DNA of 64,000 nt from an uncultured candidate division Zixibacteria bacterium (GCA_963817915.1 CAWFQL010000011.1:192001-256000), one strand, 5' to 3'; positions 19,343 to 30,453 are shown, counted from the first letter of the stretch. The notes: generated by a model from the letters alone, not told the origin. Numbers and translations: made by a program.

Positions 19343-19807
19343 ATGAAACGGTTCACTTTCAGACTCGAACGGATACTGCGCTATAAGGTGCAAATCGAAG
19401 AGCAAAAAAGGCTGATATTAGCGTCACGCGTTGAAGAGCTAAAAGAAAATAAAGAAAAAATGCTCAGGATGACTCGCGAAAGAGAAGAATATTTTGTTCT
19501 ATATTCATCTTATTTTAATGGCATTATCGATATCAATAGACTCAAGATAGCAAGGCGATATCTGGATAAGCTTCATGTCGACCTTATAAATCAGGCAAAA
19601 AGAGTTATCGATTGCGAAAAAAAAGTCGAGAAAGCCAAATTGGAGCTGATAGAGGCCATGCGCGACCGCAAAAAATTCGAAAACTTAAGAGAACGAAAAC
19701 TGCAGGCATACGAAAAAGAAGCCAATAAAGAAGAACAAAAATATCTTGATGAATTTGCCGGTCAGTCCAGTACGAGAAATTCAGTATTTAACGACAATTC
19801 CCTCTAA
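19343..19807 (+). CDS. fliJ: Export protein FliJ
   Basis: MKRFTFRLERIL, coiled coil, EQKYLDE; follows fliI. Confidence 0.9.
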   Translation: MKRFTFRLERILRYKVQIEEQKRLILASRVEELKENKEKMLRMTREREEYFVLYSSYFNGIIDINRLKIARRYLDKLHVDLINQAKRVIDCEKKVEKAKLELIEAMRDRKKFENLRERKLQAYEKEANKEEQKYLDEFAGQSSTRNSVFNDNSL

Positions 19808-22259
19808 ATGGCGCCGCTCCGCCCTTAAAATAATTTACCAAATACACGACATCATTGCCATTAACCAGACAATCGCCATTGGCATCGGCGGCCAGATATG
19901 GATTGGGCGGCGAACCAATTCCTCTAAAAAAATTCACAAGATAAGTGACATCGAGGCCATTAACCGCTCCGCTTCCATTAGCGTCTCCTGGCAAGTAATC
20001 GCCGGCATACGACGTGTCAATGAATGTGATTGTTTCTGCGATTGAATTCCTCGTTTCGATATTTCCGGCAATATCATAATTTAATGCTTCAAAGCTGTAT
20101 CTATGATTATTTTGACCGCTATATTCGGCTACTGTATCAAGTGAATTATATATCCATCTTGACCAGGCGCCATTATCAATTTTTACCCACACATCGAATT
20201 TATTGGCCAGGCCCGATCCGCCATTATCGCCGCCTCTTGTCCACAAAACAGTAAATAGCATCGATGCCGAAGTGTCGGCGGAAGACGCTATGCATCCTGT
20301 TGGTCGAGTGGAATCGAAATTCAATATCACCTGGCTTCTGCTATTGTAATTGCTGTTGCCCGCGTTATCTATCAGCCATAGATATAATGGTACACCGCCC
20401 TGAATACTCATGGTCAACGTCTTTGGCGGATTTCCGATAAATGAACCGGTGGTATCATATATCCCTGTTGGTGGATTTGATAATTTATAAAGGGCCTTTT
20501 GAATTCCGCTTAAATCCACCGGGTTTGTCCAATTAATTGAAAACGCAGAATTATTGGTCCAGGCGCTGGGATTGGCGCCATTGCCGGTCAGATTTATGGG
20601 AGCTGCGGGAGAGGTGGCATCGATAATGACAGTCCATACCGCAGACCACGGTGACCATGCGCTGCCATTGCCTGCCCTGACTCGCCAATAATATAATGCC
20701 TCCGGTAAGTTCGAAGACGGCGTGAACTGCGATACGGCTAAATTGCTGACATCATAAATTGGAGATGAAAAATCGGAATTATTATCAATTTGTAAATGAT
20801 ATACATTTGCCCCCGATGAGTTTGCAAAGTCAAACAGAGGCCTTAAGTTATTGGTCGCCGAGCCTGTATTGGGCGAGATAAGCAATGGCGCGGATGGGGC
20901 ATTGGAGACAGCCAAATCCGCGGTCATGATGTTACCTGAATTCGATATATTCATAATCGAAACGAGAGTAGGGGAGCTGTTGTAACTATTGGAATTTGGA
21001 GTGCTGGCAGCATTGAATGTCCTATGCGTCGTCGACCCTGGATACGGATCTCCCGCGTCGCCCGAATTACTGTTTTGCTCCAAATTCCAGGCGCCATCGG
21101 CTTGCTCCAAGGCAACCATATAATGGCCATTCGAAGTATATCCCGGGTACCACTGATTATTATTCCCTGTCGATACAGTGTCATCAACATGGTAAATCAA
21201 AAGGCCGGACGATGGCAGATATGAATCAAATCCCGTCTGCTGACGGTTTTCGGCCAGAAAATATTCAGTGCTCGATTGACCATTAGTCCATAGTCTATAG
21301 ACCAGCCCGGTATCTTCTACCGCTGGAATTGAGGCTGATATTAAATTGGATGTGACATTCACCGCGGTCGCGAATCCAAGAAATACTCTGCCGTAAGCAT
21401 CAAACTGCGCCGGTGAATCGCCGGAGTAACCATTCCAACTGCCGAATGCCATCAATGACCAACTTCCAAGGCCTCTGGAATCATAGCCATAATCGTAAAA
21501 ATCGGGCAAACCGAACACATGTCCTAATTCATGGCAATAGACACCGCAGGTCATATCACCGGGATTGGACCAGAATTCAGGTTCCATCGAATAGCTTCGA
21601 ACCATTACGCCATCCACATTGGGCCAGAACATGCATTCCCACGCGTGTGACCAGATATCGTCGACACTGCCTGTCCATTCCGCGCCCTGGCCCGAATGAA
21701 TTATATAAAGGGCATCTACAACCCCATCGCCATCGTTATCATATTGGGAAAAATCAATATATGGATCGGCTGCCGCCACTGCATCCTCAGCCAGTTTCTG
21801 GGCATTGTTAGGATAATTTCCAAATCCATAATTGCCGTCGACATAATAGCCGTAATTTTGCGGCATTGTTCTCCATCCCGTGCTCGACGGCAAATTTACC
21901 GTAATAATATCCAGCCGCCCGTACGAGACTTCACTATAAAAATCTTTAACCGTATTTCCATTAGTTCCATATATGAGATTATCAAAATAGCTCGGGGTTA
22001 CCTGGCTGTTTTGGTCGCTGAATTTTACCAGTATGGCAATTGCCTTGAATGAGCCGGTTGGATTATCCAGCGCCGCCAAACGGCGGGGAAGACCCTGGTT
22101 AATATTTCTCGTCTTAAAATAATTCGGGTCAGACATAAAGGCAGGCTCAGGTATACTTTCGGCCTTGATCATATCCAGGACCCTTTTATTGGGAGGCATT
22201 CCTTTAATAGAAGATGTAAGCCCTACAATCAGCAGACAAAACAATATAAAACGTTTCAT
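19788..22259 (-). CDS. Secreted M6-family (immune inhibitor A-like) metalloprotease with Ig/FN3-like domains and C-terminal dockerin-I-like domain
   Basis: Signal peptide, HELGHVFGLPDFY, WSLMAFGSW, EYFLAENRQ; C-terminal GDANGSGAVNGLDVTYLVNFF / DANGDCLVNGNDVVYLVNYF. Confidence 0.88.
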   Translation of the reverse strand: MKRFILFCLLIVGLTSSIKGMPPNKRVLDMIKAESIPEPAFMSDPNYFKTRNINQGLPRRLAALDNPTGSFKAIAILVKFSDQNSQVTPSYFDNLIYGTNGNTVKDFYSEVSYGRLDIITVNLPSSTGWRTMPQNYGYYVDGNYGFGNYPNNAQKLAEDAVAAADPYIDFSQYDNDGDGVVDALYIIHSGQGAEWTGSVDDIWSHAWECMFWPNVDGVMVRSYSMEPEFWSNPGDMTCGVYCHELGHVFGLPDFYDYGYDSRGLGSWSLMAFGSWNGYSGDSPAQFDAYGRVFLGFATAVNVTSNLISASIPAVEDTGLVYRLWTNGQSSTEYFLAENRQQTGFDSYLPSSGLLIYHVDDTVSTGNNNQWYPGYTSNGHYMVALEQADGAWNLEQNSNSGDAGDPYPGSTTHRTFNAASTPNSNSYNSSPTLVSIMNISNSGNIMTADLAVSNAPSAPLLISPNTGSATNNLRPLFDFANSSGANVYHLQIDNNSDFSSPIYDVSNLAVSQFTPSSNLPEALYYWRVRAGNGSAWSPWSAVWTVIIDATSPAAPINLTGNGANPSAWTNNSAFSINWTNPVDLSGIQKALYKLSNPPTGIYDTTGSFIGNPPKTLTMSIQGGVPLYLWLIDNAGNSNYNSRSQVILNFDSTRPTGCIASSADTSASMLFTVLWTRGGDNGGSGLANKFDVWVKIDNGAWSRWIYNSLDTVAEYSGQNNHRYSFEALNYDIAGNIETRNSIAETITFIDTSYAGDYLPGDANGSGAVNGLDVTYLVNFFRGIGSPPNPYLAADANGDCLVNGNDVVYLVNYFKGGAAPFRGNCR

Positions 22260-22370
22260 GCTTCTCTCCTCGAGTTTAACGGGGCAATATCGAAGAAATT
22301 GACTGCGGCTATTTTTGAAACCGCCTAATGTAATTTAAGATAAAATAGAAATAGGTCAAGTCGATTCCCC

Positions 22371-22404
22371 AATAAAAAAGCCCCCCATGATTACAGGGGG
22401 GCTT
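22371..22404 (-). terminator. Intrinsic terminator of the S8 protease gene
   Basis: AAGCCCCCC-loop-GGGGGGCTT with an A run on the left (T run on the minus strand). Confidence 0.75.
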
Positions 22405-22425
22405 GTTCTTGAAATTCTAAAAAGA

Positions 22426-25400
22426 CTATTTTCCTAAACCACTTGGTTTGGCGTCATCGTTGTTGAGAATTGAAAGTCCCGTCGGCGGGCAATCCGGACA
22501 GAATGCCAGGGCAGCGCCGCCCTTAAAGAAATTGACCATATAAGTCACATCAAGACCATTCACTGTGCAGCTGGCATTGACATCGCAAGCCGCGTAAATC
22601 GTTCCGTTAGGCGGGCAATCGCACGAATTGATCGGTGCGTCTCCGCCTTTAAAGTAATTTACCAGGTATGTGACATCCAGACCGTTAGTGCTTCCGCTTC
22701 CATTGACATCACCGCCGACATACACACAACTTCCGCCTTGCTCTCTGACTACTAAATTTACCGGCAGTGTAATCAACTGCTGTGTGGGATCGTCGGAATT
22801 AACGTTGATCTGGCCTGTATAGGCCCCGGGTGTTAATGTTGTAGCGTCAAATGTGATAGCTGATGTATCCGATGAGGCTATAATTACTACTCCGGTATCT
22901 GGGAGTTCAGTTAGCCATGTTCTGTTGTCATGGATTCCAAAATGAAGTGTCGCTGTGCCCGAATTCGAAATTATCAGATTGGCTGAGTGCGTAAAGCCGG
23001 TCACTACCGTATCCGTAAATGATGCCGCGGATAAATTGATATGAGCAGCACCCAGCGAATTTACGGTTAAAGTCACAGGGACGTGCAGCAGCGGCTGGCC
23101 GGGATCGTTGGAAGTTATATCTATTCTTCCAGTATGCACTCCGGGAGCCAATGTGGCCGCGTTTAACGTAACGTGCCCGATAATAGTATCGTTGGCGGCG
23201 ATAGTGTCTGCCGCCGGGCTTATAAACAGCCAGGTATTCTGAATCACCGGAATATCACTATCGCCGGAGGAATTTGTCTGACCGGCAGCCTTTGAGTTAT
23301 TTGACTTTCCTGCTTTTGCGGGTGCAGGAATACCACCAATGTTCGAGCTCAGGGTAAGCTCTACAGCGCTGAAATTCACTATCAACGGCATCGTGCCGAC
23401 ATTTCTAACTATCAAATTCTCGGTAGATTGCGATCCTTCCTGCAATGTTTTCGTAATGCTTGCGGTTCCCAATTCGATTTGAGGCACCTGAGCGGAATTT
23501 ACATTGAATGTCACCGGAATATTAATACTCGGGGAAACCGGATCATTGGAGAGAAGATTGATTGATCCTGTATAAGTGCCCGCTACGAGGTCGGAAGCGT
23601 CAAACGAAATATCAGATACCGCATTTCCTCCAGGCTGAACTGTACCGGATACCGGCAATGCTGATAACCATTCTCCGGCGGTAATTTTAATGCTCAAATT
23701 GCTATGCATATAAGCGGCGTTGTAAACTACCTGTAGCCCATCTGTTCCAGTTGAATTTTCAATTCCGATTGTCGCGCTGGTCAGGCTAGCATTTCCTGGA
23801 GTCATGGTACCGTAATTCATCTCAATCTTGCCACTTGGATAAAGCACGGCCTGGAATGTCAATGAGCCAGTGCCGCCCCAATAATAGTAAAATGGAACAC
23901 CAACGAAACTGACGATATACCTCTGATTGGAACTATCGAAATATCTATATATCATTCCGCCCGAACCGGGATTAAGATCATCCCAGAACATGGGAATGAT
24001 ATCATTTGGTATGGCGTTGTTCGGCAGGTTGCTATTGCTGATTGAGCTCGTCCCCGCCCCGAATGATATTATGCCATTAGAGCTAATGTATAGCTGAGTG
24101 TATGTATTGTTATAGAAGGTAAAATTGAATCCAATATCGAATGGTCCCGCGTAAGAATCATCGGTTAAACTAACCGCGGTTCCAGGACCTGTAATATCGA
24201 TCCAGCTTACTGTCGGTCCATTAGGCTCACCCGAATCGATCCACTTATGCCCGAATGTGTCCGGGCCGCCTTGACCCTGTATAATGGGCGGATAGAGCGG
24301 TTCAGTTATTGAACCGGGTTTATTGCCTTTTGATTTCTGATATCCAATTGGACTTGGCAAAGTGGGCGAGATGTTGATTGGTATCTCACGTCCGCTATTT
24401 AGGAGAAGTCGGTTATTCGTGACTGTGTTTATGGCATAGCTCAGGATTCCGGGGCCGCCATTGGAAATAGTCAGATTGCGATGCTCTATTGCGCCCGGCG
24501 CACCCGTGACATTGAAGTTCTGAGGGCTAAACGAGATACTCGGAGGTATCGGAGGCACGGAGCCAATCACCACAACATCGTCTAGATACCATCCGTAATC
24601 TACTACCGAACCATCTGAGGCGAATCTCCAGCGGAATTTTACAGTGCTGCCGTTATAGCTCGAAATATTGTATCCTGCCAACACCCATCCGCCGGAACCT
24701 CCGGTATATCCGGCTTCCCCCAAAGCTGAAACATTGCTGTTGGGATATCCACCATCCGGGGTAAGCAGAGTCCATGTCGTGCCGTTGTTAGTGGAAATTG
24801 AGACATTACCGCCGTCCCATGTGTTTTCCATCGAATACCAATGATAAAATTCCAGCCTTGCGTTCGGATCGTTCAATGAATATTCGTGGCTTATCAAGGT
24901 ACCTTCGGCATTATTCGCATATTGCCCGCCAATAACGGTTCCCCAGCATTTTGTGCCGGAATACGCTGAAGGTGATCCGCCTGAAGGGACACCCCATTCC
25001 CAAACCCCCGAACCGGTATAATTTCCATTCGATGATTCGAATGTTTCTGCCGGAATAAGCTGAAAGTCCAACGTATTAGTTGCGCCGTTAATCACAAGAA
25101 TTGGCAATGTCGCCTGGCTATGGCCATCCGCCCTCGCGGTGACATTATATGTTGTCCCCGAAGGCACAGCGGCAAAATGATAAAATCCATTTGAATCGGT
25201 GGTATCGGGAGGAAGCGGTGTAGAATTGATTGTGACAATCGCTCCGGGCAATGGATCGCCCGAAGAATTCATAACCGTACCCTGCAGAACCGCGCTGGGA
25301 GCGGGGGAGAGGCTGAAACTATGCGAAACGGTATCATTAGGAGTGATATAAGTTGAAAAATCCTGCGGCAAAAAACCGAAGTATGATGCCCTGAAAACAT

Positions 25401-26991
25401 AAGTAGTTTCTGCCGGGGCGGAGAGTAAATAATATCCTGACGCATTCGCGTTGACAGAGATATGACCGTTTAGTATTTCAACCTTGCCTGGTAATGGATT
25501 ATTATTCGTCGAGTTCCTTATATATCCGTCAATGCTGCCGAAACCGGTTTGAGCCAACTGGACCGCTGTCAAAAGATTAATGACACCTTTTCCATAAGTA
25601 TTATCTTCCCCGATATCCCCCAAATCGGTAGCGGACTGAAGCAATATATCTTTTATCGCGTCGACATCGAGATTCGGATTGACCTGACGCAATATAGCGA
25701 TTGATCCTGTCACATGCGGCGATGCCATCGATGTGCCGCTCATTGTAGTATAGCCGCCGCCGGGGTATGAAGATCTTACATTCACTCCCGGAGCTACCAC
25801 TTCCGGTTTGATTACCGATTGTCCGCCGGGACCGCAATCGGTCGGACCTCTTGACGAAAAATCAGCTATGGGAAGGCTGGGATTGGAACCATCAACCGCG
25901 CCGACCGAAAAACAATTATATGGTGTTGTGCCTCTATCGGCGGGTCTTCTCAATGAATTTGGCGATGGCCCTTCATTACCGGCTGAGAAAATAACAGCCG
26001 ATCCGGCCGCTTCGCAATTATCTATGTATGTCCAGAATGTTTGATCGCAATTAGGATAGCCATGACCGGTTGTGACTCCCCACGAATTTCCTATAGCATC
26101 CGGGTTGTCTTGAGTGAGAGGATTGCCATCAGGATCAACTGCCCACTGAAATGATAGTATGGCATCGGATACTGTTCGCGGAATTGTTCCCGATCTGTCG
26201 ATTGCTCCCGCCGCAATCCATTTGGCATCTATCGCGACACCGATTGTATCACCGCTTGTAGTGCGGCCGCAGATTGTGCCCATTGTATGAGTTCCATGGC
26301 CGCCGTCATCGGTAGGGGTGGGGTAATGAGTGTCGTATGGGTCGAACCAGCTTTCGTTCACATTACCGTCGCCATTGACATCGCCGCGGAATCTCGCGGA
26401 TAGCGCCGGGTGGGTTCCTTCAACACCCGTATCGATATTCATTACAACTCTACCAAGGCCAGTCCATCCCTGCGCCCAGACCGCGGGAGCGTTGATGCGG
26501 GTCAGGCCTTCTTCATGCCCGGCTATCATTTGCTCCGATTCATGATTGGAGACAGGAATGATATTTTCTATAGGATAATCAAGGTAGATTGCATCGAGAT
26601 CCTCGCGGGCGGCCAATGCTTCATATCCTGCCTTGTTTGCCTCAACTATGAATGAATTAGTGATCCAAAGTAATTTATAACTTTTGATTTTGCCTTGTGA
26701 CTTTAGGCTTTCCAATACTGAAGCCATCTCCGGTTGGGTTTGAGAAGCGGCGTCCTGCAACGCCAAAATTACTCTGCGATTTCTTTCCGCCAAAGTTGCA
26801 TGTTCTGCTTTTAATTGCTGGCTTAGGGTTGGGATGTCAGCCTGATACTTGAAATAAACCAGACCGCTAACTGTTTCGCCCGCAGATAAATTGTCTAATT
26901 CGTTAGCCAAATTAGCGTCAATTTCCGCGGCATTGACCACTGCTGAGACCATGATGATGGTTAGGGCCAAAATTAATAGACGTTTGTACAT
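22426..26991 (-). CDS. Large secreted S8 subtilase (bacillopeptidase F-like) with carboxypeptidase-regulatory-like and Ig-like repeats and C-terminal dockerin-I-like domain
   Basis: Signal peptide; triad IDTG, HGTHTMG, GTSMASP; repeated SNDP-containing Ig-like units; GDVNGSGSTNGLDVTYLVNYF / DVNASCTVNGLDVTYMVNFF. Confidence 0.9.
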   Translation of the reverse strand: MYKRLLILALTIIMVSAVVNAAEIDANLANELDNLSAGETVSGLVYFKYQADIPTLSQQLKAEHATLAERNRRVILALQDAASQTQPEMASVLESLKSQGKIKSYKLLWITNSFIVEANKAGYEALAAREDLDAIYLDYPIENIIPVSNHESEQMIAGHEEGLTRINAPAVWAQGWTGLGRVVMNIDTGVEGTHPALSARFRGDVNGDGNVNESWFDPYDTHYPTPTDDGGHGTHTMGTICGRTTSGDTIGVAIDAKWIAAGAIDRSGTIPRTVSDAILSFQWAVDPDGNPLTQDNPDAIGNSWGVTTGHGYPNCDQTFWTYIDNCEAAGSAVIFSAGNEGPSPNSLRRPADRGTTPYNCFSVGAVDGSNPSLPIADFSSRGPTDCGPGGQSVIKPEVVAPGVNVRSSYPGGGYTTMSGTSMASPHVTGSIAILRQVNPNLDVDAIKDILLQSATDLGDIGEDNTYGKGVINLLTAVQLAQTGFGSIDGYIRNSTNNNPLPGKVEILNGHISVNANASGYYLLSAPAETTYVFRASYFGFLPQDFSTYITPNDTVSHSFSLSPAPSAVLQGTVMNSSGDPLPGAIVTINSTPLPPDTTDSNGFYHFAAVPSGTTYNVTARADGHSQATLPILVINGATNTLDFQLIPAETFESSNGNYTGSGVWEWGVPSGGSPSAYSGTKCWGTVIGGQYANNAEGTLISHEYSLNDPNARLEFYHWYSMENTWDGGNVSISTNNGTTWTLLTPDGGYPNSNVSALGEAGYTGGSGGWVLAGYNISSYNGSTVKFRWRFASDGSVVDYGWYLDDVVVIGSVPPIPPSISFSPQNFNVTGAPGAIEHRNLTISNGGPGILSYAINTVTNNRLLLNSGREIPINISPTLPSPIGYQKSKGNKPGSITEPLYPPIIQGQGGPDTFGHKWIDSGEPNGPTVSWIDITGPGTAVSLTDDSYAGPFDIGFNFTFYNNTYTQLYISSNGIISFGAGTSSISNSNLPNNAIPNDIIPMFWDDLNPGSGGMIYRYFDSSNQRYIVSFVGVPFYYYWGGTGSLTFQAVLYPSGKIEMNYGTMTPGNASLTSATIGIENSTGTDGLQVVYNAAYMHSNLSIKITAGEWLSALPVSGTVQPGGNAVSDISFDASDLVAGTYTGSINLLSNDPVSPSINIPVTFNVNSAQVPQIELGTASITKTLQEGSQSTENLIVRNVGTMPLIVNFSAVELTLSSNIGGIPAPAKAGKSNNSKAAGQTNSSGDSDIPVIQNTWLFISPAADTIAANDTIIGHVTLNAATLAPGVHTGRIDITSNDPGQPLLHVPVTLTVNSLGAAHINLSAASFTDTVVTGFTHSANLIISNSGTATLHFGIHDNRTWLTELPDTGVVIIASSDTSAITFDATTLTPGAYTGQINVNSDDPTQQLITLPVNLVVREQGGSCVYVGGDVNGSGSTNGLDVTYLVNYFKGGDAPINSCDCPPNGTIYAACDVNASCTVNGLDVTYMVNFFKGGAALAFCPDCPPTGLSILNNDDAKPSGLGK

Positions 26992-27264
26992 AACTCTCCT
27001 GGGTTTAAGAGTTTATTAAATTTATTTTATTAGAAGATTTTAAGTCCCATTCACCAAAGCGGTTTAACACGCCATAGAAGCTTACCAAAGCAAATTATAC
27101 AATGTTATTTATTAAAATCAACCATTAATATCGGAAATATCTTCCGGGAGCCCAGAAGATTTTGCCGAAGTTTCCAAAAGAGAGCAGAGTCCAAAATTTC
27201 GAATTCAAAATATAACCCGTTAACAATCAAGCCATTGAAACATTTTTTCGCGGAAATAAAATTA

Positions 27265-27280
27265 AGGCATGGCTCTTGCT
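27265..27280 (+). promoter_or_regulatory. sigma54 promoter of motE-fliK-flgDE operon
   Basis: AGGCATGGCTCTTGCT (GG-N10-GC). Confidence 0.75.
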
Positions 27281-27300
27281 TAATACGGCTGGGGAATACT

Positions 27301-27858
27301 ATGAACTTTTTGAAGAAAATACTAATGTTAGCGGTACTGAGCGTCATCAGCTTCGTTTTGTACATATTCGTTATTGGGCTCGCAATGGGCATTCATCCGG
27401 GTCAGGCGATATCAGCAATCATTAATCCTGTCCAGCCTGATAGCCTTTCACAATTATCTGACTCCACCAAATCCGCCGCCGATAGCACTTTGGATTCAAC
27501 CGCCATCACTCCGGATTCTACGGCCAAAGTGATTATTTCGACATTAGATGATTCATTGACCCAATTGCTTTCGAGCATCAAAAGTCAGCAAACCGAAATA
27601 AGTAAAATGAAATCCGAGGCATTAAAGCGCTCGGAGGCTGATAAAACTGAAGAAGAAAATAGATTATATACACTGGCCAAAATGTATGAGGGGATTGATC
27701 CAGTCCAATTGGCCGATGTCTTCTCCAAAATGGATGATTCTTTGGTCATCCGAATTTTGCCAAAGATGAAGAGTGCGAAGGCCGGAAAAATCATCGAATC
27801 AATGCCTGCGGACAGGGCCGCCGCAATTTCAAGTAGATTGTTAGGAAAGAGCAACTAA
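27301..27858 (+). CDS. MotE/FlbB/YlxF-like flagellar protein (MgtE N-terminal-like helical domain)
   Basis: N-terminal TM; LAKMYEGIDP..LADVF..MD..ILPKMK..AGKIIESM; usual position between fliJ and fliK. Confidence 0.78.
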   Translation: MNFLKKILMLAVLSVISFVLYIFVIGLAMGIHPGQAISAIINPVQPDSLSQLSDSTKSAADSTLDSTAITPDSTAKVIISTLDDSLTQLLSSIKSQQTEISKMKSEALKRSEADKTEEENRLYTLAKMYEGIDPVQLADVFSKMDDSLVIRILPKMKSAKAGKIIESMPADRAAAISSRLLGKSN

Positions 27859-29690
27859 TGGGCTTTATTTTCAATAACATAGCGCAACTGGCTAACCACT
27901 TGGTTAATGAATCCGAATCCAAAGCGCAGCCAAAAAACTCAGTTCATGAATCCTCTGATAATATCCTGGATTTCGCGTCTGTTTTAGGTTCCGCGCAATC
28001 CGGCCATAAATCAAAAACAACGACTAATGGACAATCGCAAGTTGACCCGGAATTCGAAACCAAAGAGCGGATTGAAATCCCGGCATCGATTGTCAAGGCG
28101 GCCATCTCCAATAACAAAGATAAGCTGACAATTCTAATCTCAGCAGAACAACTCAGCGGTCTTTTAGCCAAATTTAACCTGTCGCAATTTCGGCAAGTTA
28201 TACCAGATTCAAAGAATAGGGTCGTATCCGGGGAGGCCATATTAAACATGCTTCCTGGCGGTGAGCCCTTAAAGTTATCCTTTAACCCATCAGACCTATT
28301 TGACGCGGCGGGCAAGATTAATGTTGGCTCGATTCCGGTCGAGTTGGAAGGTGCCGGAGCCAGCTCCGAAACAAAAATTGATGTCAAGGAACTGATGAAT
28401 CTAATCGGCGAATTTCCCGATCCAATCGAAATGGAGATTTCGGAATCATTTAGCGCTGATGAGCTCTCGTCAGAATTTTCGACCTCAAATGATAACGGCA
28501 AAGGGCTTATTGAATCGTTCGATACTCCAGTCCTCAAATCATCATTTACCTTCGATTTGAAGGAAATAGCCAAAAATCTGGATAATAAAGTGCAGACAAC
28601 TATCAATGGAATTTTGACTCAATCTCAAAAGGCCGGTCATATTGATAATTCCGCGGCAACTATAGCATTAATGAAAAATAGCGGCAATTTTGAAGACATC
28701 TTCTCATTACCGACAAAATTCGAGAAACCCTCCGCCATTCCAGCTAAAATGGCGAATACGATATGGTCCGATATGAGCAATCCAACTTCGAATGTTTCGA
28801 TTTTCGGATCGGATAATACCGGTGATCTCAATTCGTCAAGGATAAAAAATAATCAGCAATTCGATCATTTCGTCAAACAAGTTAATACGATTTTCAAAGA
28901 ATCGCTGGCTCCGGAATCAGCAAAATCGGTGGGCAAGCAATTCATTCAAAGTTTTGGCAAAGATATTTTTAAGAATAACGGAATACAGATTCAGGACAGC
29001 CCCAAAGTATCATCGGTATCCGGTATTGCGGTCAAAGCCCCGGAGAAAACAATCGGCGATAAGAATATAATGTCGCCTGCCGAAGCAAAATCGGATTCGT
29101 TCCGATCAGCCTTGGACTCCAATAGAGTGCATTCGACAGAAGAAATTCACGATGATGCGAATAATATTCTATTAAAGCCGGAAATGCTTTTTGCTAAAAA
29201 TTCATCGAACAAAATATTGTCGAGTCCGAAAATCATTAACGCCGAGACTATCAAGTCCGCGATTTTGCATGCGGCATCAAATAACCTTACTAGTCTGAAA
29301 TTAAGGCTCCATCCGGAAAGCCTTGGCAATATCGATATTCGTATGATTTGGAAGAATGATGCAGTCTCCATATCGATAAAGGCCGATACAACCGAAGCCG
29401 CTCGTATAATGACATCAAATCTTGCCGACTTGAAAAGCGGCCTTGAAAATGCCAACTTTAAAATCAGCGAAATAAGTGTGGTTCTGGATAACTCCAGAAA
29501 TTCCAATAACTATAATCATGAAAATCGCGAATTCGCAAATTCCGCGGCCAATGGAGGCGGCCACCAAAGAAGATCAAATTCCGAATTTTCAAATCAGCTC
29601 GATAAAAAACATGAATCCGAATTTCTGTCCGATTCCCGTGAAGAGTACAACGCGTCTGTTGTCAGGGGATGGATAGATTTAAAAGCATAA
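27858..29690 (+). CDS. fliK: Hook-length control protein FliK
   Basis: Low-complexity N-terminus; C-terminal LKLRLHPESLGNIDI; precedes flgD. Confidence 0.85.
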   Translation: MGFIFNNIAQLANHLVNESESKAQPKNSVHESSDNILDFASVLGSAQSGHKSKTTTNGQSQVDPEFETKERIEIPASIVKAAISNNKDKLTILISAEQLSGLLAKFNLSQFRQVIPDSKNRVVSGEAILNMLPGGEPLKLSFNPSDLFDAAGKINVGSIPVELEGAGASSETKIDVKELMNLIGEFPDPIEMEISESFSADELSSEFSTSNDNGKGLIESFDTPVLKSSFTFDLKEIAKNLDNKVQTTINGILTQSQKAGHIDNSAATIALMKNSGNFEDIFSLPTKFEKPSAIPAKMANTIWSDMSNPTSNVSIFGSDNTGDLNSSRIKNNQQFDHFVKQVNTIFKESLAPESAKSVGKQFIQSFGKDIFKNNGIQIQDSPKVSSVSGIAVKAPEKTIGDKNIMSPAEAKSDSFRSALDSNRVHSTEEIHDDANNILLKPEMLFAKNSSNKILSSPKIINAETIKSAILHAASNNLTSLKLRLHPESLGNIDIRMIWKNDAVSISIKADTTEAARIMTSNLADLKSGLENANFKISEISVVLDNSRNSNNYNHENREFANSAANGGGHQRRSNSEFSNQLDKKHESEFLSDSREEYNASVVRGWIDLKA

Positions 29691-29702
29691 TAGGAGGTGG
29701 GA

Positions 29703-30431
29703 ATGCCTAATGTCGCCCCGGTAGGGGGTTTATCAACTCCAGGTCAAAACAATCAGGTTGCAGGCAAAAGCAATTTGGGCAAAGATGATTTTCTTAATTT
29801 GCTGGTGAAACAGCTGCAATATCAGGATCCGATGGAACCAATGAAGGATACTGATTTTGTGGCTCAGCTGGCAAGTTTTTCGTCGCTCGAACAGCTTTCC
29901 AATATCGGCACTTCATTGGATAACTCGACCCAGTTGAATTACATTCTGAGCCAGACAATTGCCAATACCATGGCAACTACCTTGATAGGCAAAGAGGTTG
30001 TAGCTAATGGCAATCAGATTCAACACGATTCCAATTCATCGAATCAGCTCAATTTTAATCTTGCTGATCCCGCCGCCAACGTCGAAGTCGAGGTGAAGGA
30101 TGAAAATGGGACAGTAATCCGCACCATTACCGCCAATCATCTCGCGAAGGGAAATAATTCAGTTGAATGGGACGGTCGCGATGATAACGGCGTACGGGTT
30201 GCCGCGGCAAATTATACTTTCTCGGTTTCCGCTAAAGATCAGGATGGGAAAGAAGTAAAGGCCGAAACTCGTTTGATTGGCCTGGTTGAATCTGTCAGAT
30301 ATGAAGAAGGCCAGGGATACTTGATTGTCAACGGTCAGAAGGTCTCGTTGTCGGATATTATCGAAGTCAACCTGGATAGATCATCTTCAGGCATGACCGA
30401 AAATGGCGGCAATTCGGACGGCCATAATTAA
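29703..30431 (+). CDS. flgD: Hook capping protein FlgD
   Basis: LGKDDFLNLLVKQLQYQDPMEP, WDGRDDNG; SD AGGAGG. Confidence 0.96.
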   Translation: MPNVAPVGGLSTPGQNNQVAGKSNLGKDDFLNLLVKQLQYQDPMEPMKDTDFVAQLASFSSLEQLSNIGTSLDNSTQLNYILSQTIANTMATTLIGKEVVANGNQIQHDSNSSNQLNFNLADPAANVEVEVKDENGTVIRTITANHLAKGNNSVEWDGRDDNGVRVAAANYTFSVSAKDQDGKEVKAETRLIGLVESVRYEEGQGYLIVNGQKVSLSDIIEVNLDRSSSGMTENGGNSDGHN

Positions 30432-30453
30432 TTGAAATCAGAAAGGAGTGAGA

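Noticed and set aside
14659..19807. Non-flagellar type III secretion system
   Set aside because: Rod, hook, ring and stator genes are present and no secretin or needle gene is seen
27944..28606. 220-aa antisense ORF and similar shadow ORFs
   Set aside because: Fully antisense to well-supported genes, with no recognisable motifs
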